Below, one piece after another: positions 8,086-15,827 of a DNA stretch of 64,000 nucleotides (within the stretch, counting starts at the first letter, position 1; every line of letters starts with the position of its first letter). Origin of the DNA: an uncultured Solirubrobacteraceae bacterium (GTDB lineage: Bacteria; Actinomycetota; Thermoleophilia; Solirubrobacterales; Solirubrobacteraceae); the NCBI GenBank assembly GCA_963816955.1, contig CAWFME010000007.1:16883-80882 (forward strand), given 5' to 3'. The notes under the pieces were generated by a model. It searched no databases. It was not told the origin of the DNA and saw only the letters and a program-made list of their open reading frames with translations. Both the position numbers and the translations under genes were made by a program.

Positions 8086-9333
8086 TTAGTCCGACAGCGT
8101 CGCCGTCGCGCCGCGCTCCTTGACCCACTGGCCGATCAGGCCGCGGAAGTGGCCCATGAAGCGGTCGTGCTCGTGCGGCGGGTAGGTCTCGCGGACGGTG
8201 CGCACGAGCAGCCGGTCGAACTCGGCCGATGTGATCCACTCGAGCACCAGCTCGTCGACGTGGGCCAGCCGGGAGTCGCAGAAGTCGCGGTAGCGGTCGA
8301 CCTCGAAGTAGTCGTCGGCCAGCTCGCGGTACGCGGCGAGCTTCTCCTCGTAGCTGAGGTCCTCGCGGTCGCCGACCTCGAAGTAGCGCCGGGTGTCGAG
8401 GTCCAGGCGCGGCTCGCGGCCGGTGATCACGCAGAACGCGCACCACTTCAGCAGCGCGCTCATCGCCCAGGGGAAGTAGTAGTGCAGGCTCGTCAGGGCG
8501 ACGTCCGGGGATGCGTTCGCGTAGTCGATCGGGTGCGCCTCGGTGCCGCGCACGAGCGTCTCGCAGGAGTTGAACTCCCAGCGGAAGAACGCGTTGATCA
8601 GCCGCGAGATCGTCACGACCTCCTCGCCGACCTCGGGCGAGAGGAAGTCGTGGCTGACCGCGTAGCGGTCGTGCATCGGCTCCCCCGGCCGGAAGTCCAT
8701 GACCATCGTCTCGGCGCCGATGCTCAGCGAGCGCGCGAACACGTCGAATCCGTCGACCGCCGCCTGCAGGTGCATCAGCCGCTGGCCGGACTCGTCGTAG
8801 GCGCGGTGCAGCTCGCCCGAGTCGCGGATGTGGCTGACCCCGACCCACTGGCCGCCGTCGTAGGGCTTCATGAACAGCGGGTAGCCGATCTGCTCGGCGA
8901 TCGCGTCGAGGTCGAACGGCCGGTTGTACTTCGCCGCCGTGTAGGCGAAGCGCGCATTGTCGGGCGGGTTCTTGTGCGGGACCAGGACGGTCTGCGGCAC
9001 CTTCAGCCCGAGCCGCAGCATCGCGCAGTAGGCCGCGTGCTTCTCCATCGACTGGAACGTGAACGGGCTGTTGAGCAGGTACACGTCGTCCATCAGCGCG
9101 ACCTTCTTGAGCCACTCGCGCGGCAGGAAGTACCAGTAGGCGAGCCGGTCGACGACAAGGTCGTAGCGCGGCTTGTCGCGCAGGTCGAACGGCTCCATCG
9201 TGATCCGCTCGGTGTTGACGCGGTGCGTGACGCCCCCGGCGTCCTCGACCGGCCCGAGCCGCGACATCAGCGTCTCGAAGGCCGTCGGCCAGTCCTCCTC
9301 CGTGCCCAGCAGCAATCCGACGAGGTGATCCAT
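8086..9333 (-). CDS. ATP-grasp superfamily protein, function unknown
   Basis: From ATG 9331-9333 (MDHLVGLLLGTEEDW). FMKPYDGGQWVGVSHIRD and surrounding blocks resemble ATP-grasp ligases. The ATG overlaps the TGA of the upstream esterase gene. The N-terminal extension of ORF 8086..9957 is Arg-rich junk. Confidence 0.75.
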   Translation of the reverse strand: MDHLVGLLLGTEEDWPTAFETLMSRLGPVEDAGGVTHRVNTERITMEPFDLRDKPRYDLVVDRLAYWYFLPREWLKKVALMDDVYLLNSPFTFQSMEKHAAYCAMLRLGLKVPQTVLVPHKNPPDNARFAYTAAKYNRPFDLDAIAEQIGYPLFMKPYDGGQWVGVSHIRDSGELHRAYDESGQRLMHLQAAVDGFDVFARSLSIGAETMVMDFRPGEPMHDRYAVSHDFLSPEVGEEVVTISRLINAFFRWEFNSCETLVRGTEAHPIDYANASPDVALTSLHYYFPWAMSALLKWCAFCVITGREPRLDLDTRRYFEVGDREDLSYEEKLAAYRELADDYFEVDRYRDFCDSRLAHVDELVLEWITSAEFDRLLVRTVRETYPPHEHDRFMGHFRGLIGQWVKERGATATLSD

Positions 9334-10076
9334 CAGCAGAACCGTGGCAGATGATGGGCCAGTTGTGCCTGCCAGGACGGCCAATCGTGTGGAACGTCGT
9401 GGCCCCAGAGGTCGAGCTCGCAGCGGATCCCCTTCTCGCCGAGCAGGCCGGCGAGCGCGCGGGAGCTGGGCAGTGCGCCCGTACTGTCCTCCCACATGCC
9501 CTGACCGCACACGAGCAGCACGCTCAGCCGCGAGCGCAGCCAGTCCAGGTGGCCGCCGCCCGCGTGGGCGAGCGAGTCGAACGGGTTGTTGAAGAAGGCG
9601 GCGTCGCCGCGGTCGCCCCAGCCGTCCCAGGTCGACGGGTCGTAGTTGCCGGAGAAGCCGAGCGCCAGCGGGAAGACGTCCGCCCGCCGCAGCGCGACGT
9701 TGACGGCGTGGAAGGCCCCGAGGCTGACGCCGAAGGCGGCGATCTCCTGGCCGCCGCTGTCGGCGTGGATCCAGGGGACGACCTGCTCGAGGATCCAGGA
9801 CTCGTAGCGCTCGTGGGCGCGGGCGCGGTCCTCGAGCGGGATCGAGCTGTTCGACCACGACGCCCCGTCGAAGGAGTCGACGCAGTAGAGCTTTGCGCGG
9901 CCGGCGTCGATCAGCTCCGACAGCGCGCCGACCACCCCGCGGTCGGCGTACTCCCACGCGTTGCCGCGCTCGGCCGGGAAGGCCAGGAACGGCCGGCCCC
10001 AGTGGCCGTAGGCGACGACGTTGCCCGGCGCGCCGATGGCGGGCGAGTACAGCTCGGTGTGGCGGACGTCTACCAC
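9333..10076 (-). CDS. esterase-family alpha/beta hydrolase (esterase D / enterochelin-esterase-like)
   Basis: From GTG 10074-10076 (overlaps the TAG of the upstream gene). Nucleophile elbow AAFGVSLGAFHA (G-x-S-x-G) and a C-terminal HDWPSW block. Confidence 0.75.
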   Translation of the reverse strand: MVDVRHTELYSPAIGAPGNVVAYGHWGRPFLAFPAERGNAWEYADRGVVGALSELIDAGRAKLYCVDSFDGASWSNSSIPLEDRARAHERYESWILEQVVPWIHADSGGQEIAAFGVSLGAFHAVNVALRRADVFPLALGFSGNYDPSTWDGWGDRGDAAFFNNPFDSLAHAGGGHLDWLRSRLSVLLVCGQGMWEDSTGALPSSRALAGLLGEKGIRCELDLWGHDVPHDWPSWQAQLAHHLPRFC

Positions 10077-11056
10077 AGCCCCTCCAGCAGCCCGGTGAGG
10101 TGGGGGTCCAGCGCGTCGCGCCAGGCCGTGTAGTTGTGCAGGTCGCCGAGCTCGTGCAGCTGCTCGCCGAGCGCGGCGGCCATCTCGCGGTTGTTGTGGA
10201 TGTTCTCCTCGCCGGCGCCGCAGGTGAGCACGGCCGGGGCCGCGCCGGTCCCGCGGCCGCCCCCGAGCACCTCCGCCACGAACGCGGTCACGCGCGCCCA
10301 GCGCGAGAACCCGCGCTCCTGGATGTCGTGCTCGGGCGTGAAGAAGCTGCCCGACTGCAGGAACAGCCCGGCGAAGGTGTTCGGGTGGCGGTGCTGGGCG
10401 TGCAGCATCGCCAGCGCGCCGAGCGAGGCGCCGATGGCCACTGGCGCGCCGCGCACGGCGACCTCCGCGGCGACGGCGGGCAGCACGCCGCGCACGAGCG
10501 CCCCCGCGTACAGCGGCGAGGCCGAGTACCACTCGTTGCGCGCGCCCGGCGCGACGAGCGCGAGCCGGTGCGGCGGCAGCGTGCCGCTCGCGATCATCGC
10601 GGCGCTGTAATCCGTGAGCCCGGCCAGCTCGGCGTACTCGGGCCCGTCGTTGGCGACCAGCAGCGGCAGCGGCTCGGTGTCCTTCGCGTCCGCGGGGCTC
10701 CAGATGCGCACGTCCACGTCGGTGCCGAGCCCGCGGCCGGGCGCCACGAGCGCGCGCTCGGCGCCCTCCGCGCGCGGCGCGTCGAGCCAGGCCGGCGGCT
10801 CGTAGCCCTCCAGCAGCAGGACGGACTTGTCCCCGAACGCGCCGGGGGCGCGCAGCGGGTTGTCGGGGTCGCAGACGACCTCGCTGCCGCCGTCGGCGTG
10901 CACCAGCTCGAGCTGGTACTCCAACCGCGCGACCGGCGCCGCCCCGAGGTCGAGCGTCCAGTCCTCGCCGTCCCGCTCGTAGTCGAGCGCGGCGAGGTCC
11001 GAACGCAGCCGCACGGCCGAGTAGCGCTCTTCAGGATCGGCGAGACGCAACAGCAC
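10070..11056 (-). CDS. esterase-family alpha/beta hydrolase with N-terminal beta-sandwich (enterochelin-esterase-like)
   Basis: 328 aa. Nucleophile elbow AIGASLGALAML, an N-terminal domain preceding the hydrolase fold, and a C-terminal HNYTAWRD block. Confidence 0.75.
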   Translation of the reverse strand: MLLRLADPEERYSAVRLRSDLAALDYERDGEDWTLDLGAAPVARLEYQLELVHADGGSEVVCDPDNPLRAPGAFGDKSVLLLEGYEPPAWLDAPRAEGAERALVAPGRGLGTDVDVRIWSPADAKDTEPLPLLVANDGPEYAELAGLTDYSAAMIASGTLPPHRLALVAPGARNEWYSASPLYAGALVRGVLPAVAAEVAVRGAPVAIGASLGALAMLHAQHRHPNTFAGLFLQSGSFFTPEHDIQERGFSRWARVTAFVAEVLGGGRGTGAAPAVLTCGAGEENIHNNREMAAALGEQLHELGDLHNYTAWRDALDPHLTGLLEGLW

Positions 11057-11059
11057 GCG

Positions 11060-13039
11060 CTACCAATGCACGCCCTTCATGAGGTGCGACAGGGCGACCG
11101 CCTCGCCGGAGGCGCGCTCGTTCTCGTCCTTCTTGCCGCTCGCGGCGGCCGACTCGGGGAAGACGTTGTAGGCCATGTGCAGGATCTGGTCGACGGCCTT
11201 GGGCGCCAGCGCGTAGAGCACCTCGCCGAACGTCCCCAGCCGGGTGTTGATCTGCTTCGGCTTGGACCGGATCGCCTCGCAGATCAGGTCGGCCGCCTCG
11301 TCGGGGGAGATCGTCGGGAACGAGTCGTAGAGCTTGGTCGGCGCGATCATCGGCGTCCGCACGAGCGGCATGTGGATCGTGGTGAACGTGATGTTGTCGC
11401 CGATCGTCTCACTCGACACCACCCGCGTGAATGCGTCGAGCGCCGCTTTGGACGCGACGTAGGCGCTGAAGCGGGGCGGGTTGGTCTGCACGCCGATCGA
11501 GGAGACGTTGACGATGTGGCCGAACCTGCGCTCCTTCATGTGCGGCAGCAGCGCGAGGATCAGCTTGATCGTGCCCAGGTAGTTGAGCTTGACCGTCCGC
11601 TCGTAGTCGTGGAAGCGGTCGATCGAGAGCATCACGGAGCGGCGGATCGAGCGGCCCGCGTTGTTGACGAGCATGTCGACGGCCGCGTGGTCGGAGAGGA
11701 TCTGCTCGACGGCGGCGTCGATCGAGTCGTTGTCGGAGAGGTCCGCCGTGTAGACGTGGGCCGTGCCGCCGCGCGACTCGATCTCCTTCTGGACCTCCTC
11801 GAGCTTGTCGCGCGAGCGGGCGACCAGGATCGGGACGCCGCCCGCCGCCGCGATCTTGACCGCGGCCGCGCGGCCGATGCCGCTCGACGCCCCCGTGATG
11901 ACCACCGTGCGGCCGTTGACGGCGCCCTCGAACGAGCGGTCCCTGAACAGGTCCGGGTCGAGGTTGCGCTCCCAGTAGTCCCACAGCTTGTATGCGTAGG
12001 AGTCCAGCGCGGGCAGCTCGATCCCCGTGCCCGACAGCGCGCGCTGGGTGTCGCGGGCGTCGAACTTGGCGGTGAAGGCGACGTCCTGCAGGATCTCGTC
12101 GGGGATCCCGAGGTCGGCGAGCACGGACTTGCGCACGCCCTTGAGCGCCGGGATCTGCATCGCGTAGCTGAGGACGCCCTTCGGGAGCATGTCCGTGAGC
12201 TTCTTGTCGACGCGCATGACCGACTGCGGCGCGTGGCCGGCGCGGGCGAACGTGTTCATCGCCTCGCCGGCGCGGATGCCCTTCGGGTCGACGACGTGGA
12301 ACGCCTGCCCGTCGTAGCCCTCCTCGTGGGCGATGTGGTCGATCGCCGCGGCGACGTAGTCGACCGGCACGAGGTTGGTCCAGCCCCACTCGATCGAGAC
12401 CAGCGGCGCCCACTGCGGCAGCGCGTTGCGCAGCTTCTGCAGGACCTTGAAGAAGTAGTAGGGCCCGTCGATCTTGTCCATCTCGCCGGTCTTGGAGTTG
12501 CCGACGACGACCGCGGGGCGGTACACCCGCCACGCGCCCTGGACCTTCTCGCGGACGATCTTCTCCGACTCGTACTTCGTCCGGTGGTAGGGCGTGTGCA
12601 GCTCCTGGCCCTCGTCGAACATGTCCTCGGTGAAGTGGCCCTTGTAGCGGCCGGCCACGGCGACGGAGGAGACGTGCTGGAAGACCCCCGCGCCGAGCTC
12701 GTTGGCGAGCTGGACGGCGTTCTGGGTCCCGCCGACGTTGAGCAGCGCGTTCTGCGTCTCGTCGGCGGTCATGTCATAGATCGCGGCGAGGTGGAAGAAG
12801 TGCTCGACGCCCGCGAGCTTCTCCCGGTCCTCCTCGGAGACGCCGAGCAGCGGCTCGGAAAGGTCCCCCGTGACGGGCTTGATCCGTTCCCCGCCGCTTC
12901 CCCAGCGCTCGATCAGCGCGTCCAGCTTCTCGCGCGAGCCCTCGCGGACGAGCACGTGGACGTCGCCCTCGCGCTCGAGCAGCCGTTCGACCAGATGGCG
13001 GCCGATGAATCCGGTCGCGCCGGTCACGAAGTAGCTCAC
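11060..13039 (-). CDS. bifunctional fatty acyl-CoA reductase-like protein (NAD-binding reductase domain + SDR domain)
   Basis: 659 aa. N-terminal YFVTGATGFIGRHL Rossmann motif and YHRTK active-site motif. C-terminal VVITGASSGIGRA with YVASKAA (SDR Y-x3-K). The architecture matches mycobacterial Acr-type fatty acyl-CoA reductases. Strong RBS GAGGAGGAG upstream. Confidence 0.85.
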   Translation of the reverse strand: MSYFVTGATGFIGRHLVERLLEREGDVHVLVREGSREKLDALIERWGSGGERIKPVTGDLSEPLLGVSEEDREKLAGVEHFFHLAAIYDMTADETQNALLNVGGTQNAVQLANELGAGVFQHVSSVAVAGRYKGHFTEDMFDEGQELHTPYHRTKYESEKIVREKVQGAWRVYRPAVVVGNSKTGEMDKIDGPYYFFKVLQKLRNALPQWAPLVSIEWGWTNLVPVDYVAAAIDHIAHEEGYDGQAFHVVDPKGIRAGEAMNTFARAGHAPQSVMRVDKKLTDMLPKGVLSYAMQIPALKGVRKSVLADLGIPDEILQDVAFTAKFDARDTQRALSGTGIELPALDSYAYKLWDYWERNLDPDLFRDRSFEGAVNGRTVVITGASSGIGRAAAVKIAAAGGVPILVARSRDKLEEVQKEIESRGGTAHVYTADLSDNDSIDAAVEQILSDHAAVDMLVNNAGRSIRRSVMLSIDRFHDYERTVKLNYLGTIKLILALLPHMKERRFGHIVNVSSIGVQTNPPRFSAYVASKAALDAFTRVVSSETIGDNITFTTIHMPLVRTPMIAPTKLYDSFPTISPDEAADLICEAIRSKPKQINTRLGTFGEVLYALAPKAVDQILHMAYNVFPESAAASGKKDENERASGEAVALSHLMKGVHW

Positions 13040-13090
13040 CGCGTTCTCCTCCTCGGACCCTGCATGGGTCCGGGAGCCTAACTGCCCGCG

Positions 13091-13564
13091 TCAGCCGGCG
13101 CTGAGCCTCCAGCCCCCGGCCTCGCGCACGAGGGGCTGGCGCGAGTCGCGCGCGCCGTCGCGCTCGGAGGCGGTGATGCGCGCGACCGCGCGGTCGCCGC
13201 TGACCGAGATCGAGCGGATAGCGATGCCGTACTGCGGGCCGCCCTCGTCGATCCGGGGCGCCACGAGGTGGCGGGCGCAGCTGCCGCCCGCCGCTTCGAC
13301 GCGCGCGAGCACCGCCCGGGCGAGCAGGTCGCGGCAGATCGTGCGCGCGTCGCCGGCGCGCACCGCGGCGGCGTAGCGCCGCAACGTGGCTGCGATCGCC
13401 CTGCCCTCGGGGCCGCTCGTCGCGGCAGGATCGGCCGCGGGCGCGGCGGTGGCGGTCGGGGTGGAGGTCGCCGTCGGCGTCGCGCTCGCCGCCGGGCGCG
13501 CGTCGCCGTCGCCGCAGCCCGCGAGCGCGGCGGCGGCCAGGACGGCGATCAGCATGCGAGGCAT
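13091..13564 (-). CDS. lipoprotein, hypothetical (NTF2/SnoaL-like by appearance)
   Basis: Lipobox LAGC after the signal peptide MPRMLIAVLAAAALAGC, then a Thr/Pro/Ala linker and a small globular domain. Confidence 0.6.
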   Translation of the reverse strand: MPRMLIAVLAAAALAGCGDGDARPAASATPTATSTPTATAAPAADPAATSGPEGRAIAATLRRYAAAVRAGDARTICRDLLARAVLARVEAAGGSCARHLVAPRIDEGGPQYGIAIRSISVSGDRAVARITASERDGARDSRQPLVREAGGWRLSAG

Positions 13565-13623
13565 CCAGTGGAAGGCTAGGGGCCCCGGGACGGTCCCAGA
13601 CGCGAAGTTGAGCCTTCGAGCCC

Positions 13624-15177
13624 ATGTGGCGGCGGGTGGCCGGTGCGAGCCTTCGGCCCGTGCGGCGCGCGCGCGGAGAGCTGGGCCAGACGGCGGTCGA
13701 GTACGGGGGCATCCTGGCGGTGATCGCGGTCGTCTTCGTGGCGCTGTTCGCCACGCCGCTCGGCGACGACGTGTCCTGCACGGCGCAGCGCGCCGTCGCC
13801 CAGGTGCTCGACTCGGACCCGCCCGGGTGTGCCGGCGGCGGGGGCGGGGAGGGGCGGGCGGCCACGGGCGACCCGGACGCGGACACGGACGGCGACGGCG
13901 TCCCGGACGCGGCCGAGCGCGAGGCCGGCACGGACCCGGCGAAGGCCGACAGCGACGGCGACGGGCTCAGCGACCGCGAGGAGCTCGAGCTCGGCACGAA
14001 CCCGACGGCCGTCGACACGGACGGCGACGGCGCGCTCGACGGGCAGGAGCTCGAGGCCGACTCGGATCTGTTCGCGACCGACACGGACGGCGACGGCCAC
14101 CCCGACGGGGACGACGGCGACCCGCTCACCTACGACGGCGGCGCCGACGACGCCGTCGCGGGCTTCGTCTGCGGCGACTCGTCCGCGCTGTTCTGCCCGG
14201 ACGAGGACGCGGGGTCGCGCGGCACTACGGAGTACATCTTCGGCCAGATCGCGAGCGGGCTGCTCGCGCTGGGCGACGTCCGCGACGGCATCGACGCGCT
14301 CGCGAGAGGGAAGTTCGGCGACGCGTTCTGGGCCGCGGTGGGCATCGTCCCCGCCGTCGGCGACGCGGCCAAGATCGGCAAGAAGGTCCGCGACCTCGTC
14401 AAGAGGTTCCCCGGCCGACGCGCGGAGGCCATGGGGGTCATCTTCAAGCTGTTCCCTGAAGGGAAGCTGCGCCAGGTCGCGCTCGACGCGGCGACCGACG
14501 GCGGCTACAGCGCGCTGAAGTCGAAGGGGCTCGGCGACGACGCGATCAGGCGGCTGGCGGAGAAGGGCAACGACCTCCGGCGGCTCGCCGACAACGCGCG
14601 CCTGGGCTCGCGCACGCTCGACCCGACCGAGGCGAAGGCGATCGACGGCGCGGTCGCCCAGCACTGGCCGAGCGCCGCGATGCGCTCGGAGGCCTACGGC
14701 GTCGAGACGGCGCTGGCGGAGCTGCGGCGCAACCCGAACATCGAGATCCTCCACACGGGCCGGCCGGGCCCGGGCAAGCCGGTCAACGGCCCCGACATCG
14801 TCGCCTATGACCGTTCCACGGGGCGGACGATCGTCGTCGAGGCCAAGAACACGGACGGCGGCAAGCCGCTCTCGCGCACGCGGCTTCGCTCCACCGCCGG
14901 CGGGCAGCGGGTCACGCAGACCTCGCCGGACTGGCTGCGCAACAACCCGGAGCGCTACCTGAAGGCGCTGCGCCAGTCGCCCGACGCCGGCGACCGCGAG
15001 GCCGCGCGCCGGCTCGAGGACATCATCGACGACGCCGACCCCTACGACGTCGTGGTCGTCGGCAGCAGGCCGAACGGGCAGGGCGGCTACGGTACGCGCG
15101 TGGACGACGCGGTCGGCGAGATCCGGGCGGGCGGGCAGGTTCAGGACGTGCAGGTCATCGACGTGCAGCGGCCCTAG
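13624..15177 (+). CDS. polymorphic-toxin-like protein: Flp-prepilin-type leader + TSP3 repeats + pre-toxin linker + PD-(D/E)xK nuclease-like C-terminus
   Basis: aa 21-45 G/QTAVEYGGILAVIAVVFVALF give the Flp G-x4-EY motif plus a hydrophobic helix. aa 83-166 hold four or more D-x-D-x-DG-x-x-D repeats. aa 236-254 WAAVGIVPAVGDAAKIGKK are pre-toxin TG-like. aa 355-408 SEAYGVE...GPDIVAYDRSTGRTIVVEAK give the E...PD-x15-E-x-K pattern. Confidence 0.7.
   Translation: MWRRVAGASLRPVRRARGELGQTAVEYGGILAVIAVVFVALFATPLGDDVSCTAQRAVAQVLDSDPPGCAGGGGGEGRAATGDPDADTDGDGVPDAAEREAGTDPAKADSDGDGLSDREELELGTNPTAVDTDGDGALDGQELEADSDLFATDTDGDGHPDGDDGDPLTYDGGADDAVAGFVCGDSSALFCPDEDAGSRGTTEYIFGQIASGLLALGDVRDGIDALARGKFGDAFWAAVGIVPAVGDAAKIGKKVRDLVKRFPGRRAEAMGVIFKLFPEGKLRQVALDAATDGGYSALKSKGLGDDAIRRLAEKGNDLRRLADNARLGSRTLDPTEAKAIDGAVAQHWPSAAMRSEAYGVETALAELRRNPNIEILHTGRPGPGKPVNGPDIVAYDRSTGRTIVVEAKNTDGGKPLSRTRLRSTAGGQRVTQTSPDWLRNNPERYLKALRQSPDAGDREAARRLEDIIDDADPYDVVVVGSRPNGQGGYGTRVDDAVGEIRAGGQVQDVQVIDVQRP
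13870..14121 (+). repeat. in-frame thrombospondin type-3-like calcium-binding repeats inside the toxin gene
   Basis: DPDADTDGDGVPDAAE / DPAKADSDGDGLSDREE / NPTAVDTDGDGALDGQE / FATDTDGDGHPDGDD. Confidence 0.75.
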
Positions 15178-15179
15178 CG

Positions 15180-15827
15180 ATGGCGTGGCCACCCACCCGC
15201 GAGGCCCTCGAGCGTGCCCGCGAGGAGCTGGAGCAGCGGGTCGCCGAGCGCCCGAGGGCGCGGCTGCTCGAGCCCCTGGCGCGCACCCACCGCTGGCTCG
15301 ACGAGCGCGAGGCGGCCTCGCGGCGCTTCCGCGAGGCGGCGGACGACGTCGAACGCGTGCTGGAGCGCCACGGCCGCGAGGACGCGTCGCGGATCGCGCA
15401 GGTCGGCTCCCTGCTGTGGCGGGCTGCGGAGGAAGACCTCGCGCAGCCGTGGCTGCAGCGCGCGCTTCGCGCCGGCCCGGCGCGCGACGCCGCCGCCGAG
15501 CTGCACTACCTGGCCGGGGCCTTCGGGCCGGCCGCCGCGCTCGCGCGCGAGGCCTCCGAGGACCCCGACGATCGCCCGTACCCGCGGGCGGAGGCGATCG
15601 AAGTGCTCGCGATCGCCCGGCGCGACGCCGACGGCGACCGGGCCACCCGCGCCCGCGAGGTGTTCGCAGACCTCATCCACCGGGAGCGGACGCCGCCCTA
15701 CGAGGAGTCCGGCTCGGCGGGGCTGTCGCTGTTCGACTGGTTCGAGGAGGCGGCGCTGATCGAGGCCTCGCTGCACGAGGAGCGCCAGCCGGACCACGCG
15801 GCGCTGCTGGGCCTGCTCGGCGGCTAG
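15180..15827 (+). CDS. candidate cognate immunity protein (all-alpha, cytoplasmic), hypothetical
   Basis: The ATG lies 3 nt after the toxin TAG. 215 aa, Ala/Glu/Arg/Leu-rich helical, with no signal peptide or TM. The call rests on position immediately 3' of a toxin module only. Confidence 0.45.
   Translation: MAWPPTREALERAREELEQRVAERPRARLLEPLARTHRWLDEREAASRRFREAADDVERVLERHGREDASRIAQVGSLLWRAAEEDLAQPWLQRALRAGPARDAAAELHYLAGAFGPAAALAREASEDPDDRPYPRAEAIEVLAIARRDADGDRATRAREVFADLIHRERTPPYEESGSAGLSLFDWFEEAALIEASLHEERQPDHAALLGLLGG

Noticed and set aside
8086-9957. 623-aa version of the ATP-grasp gene
   Set aside because: The N-terminal 208 codons are an Arg-rich alternate frame of the esterase gene. 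An ATG at 9331-9333 overlapping the upstream stop gives a clean 415-aa protein.
9893-13081. 1062-aa plus-strand ORF
   Set aside because: It is antisense to the esterase and acyl-CoA reductase genes, has no motifs, and its composition is dominated by R/A/G/D/V/L repeats.
13870-14121. CRISPR-like or other intergenic repeat arrays
   Set aside because: The only tandem repeats seen (TSP3 units here, and 24-mers at 51703-51798) are in-frame coding repeats. No repeat-spacer architecture or cas genes are in the window.
14611-15177. PD-(D/E)xK module as part of a restriction-modification system
   Set aside because: There is no methyltransferase or specificity gene nearby. The nuclease-like domain is the C-terminus of an exported, repeat-containing protein, which fits a toxin rather than an R-M enzyme.
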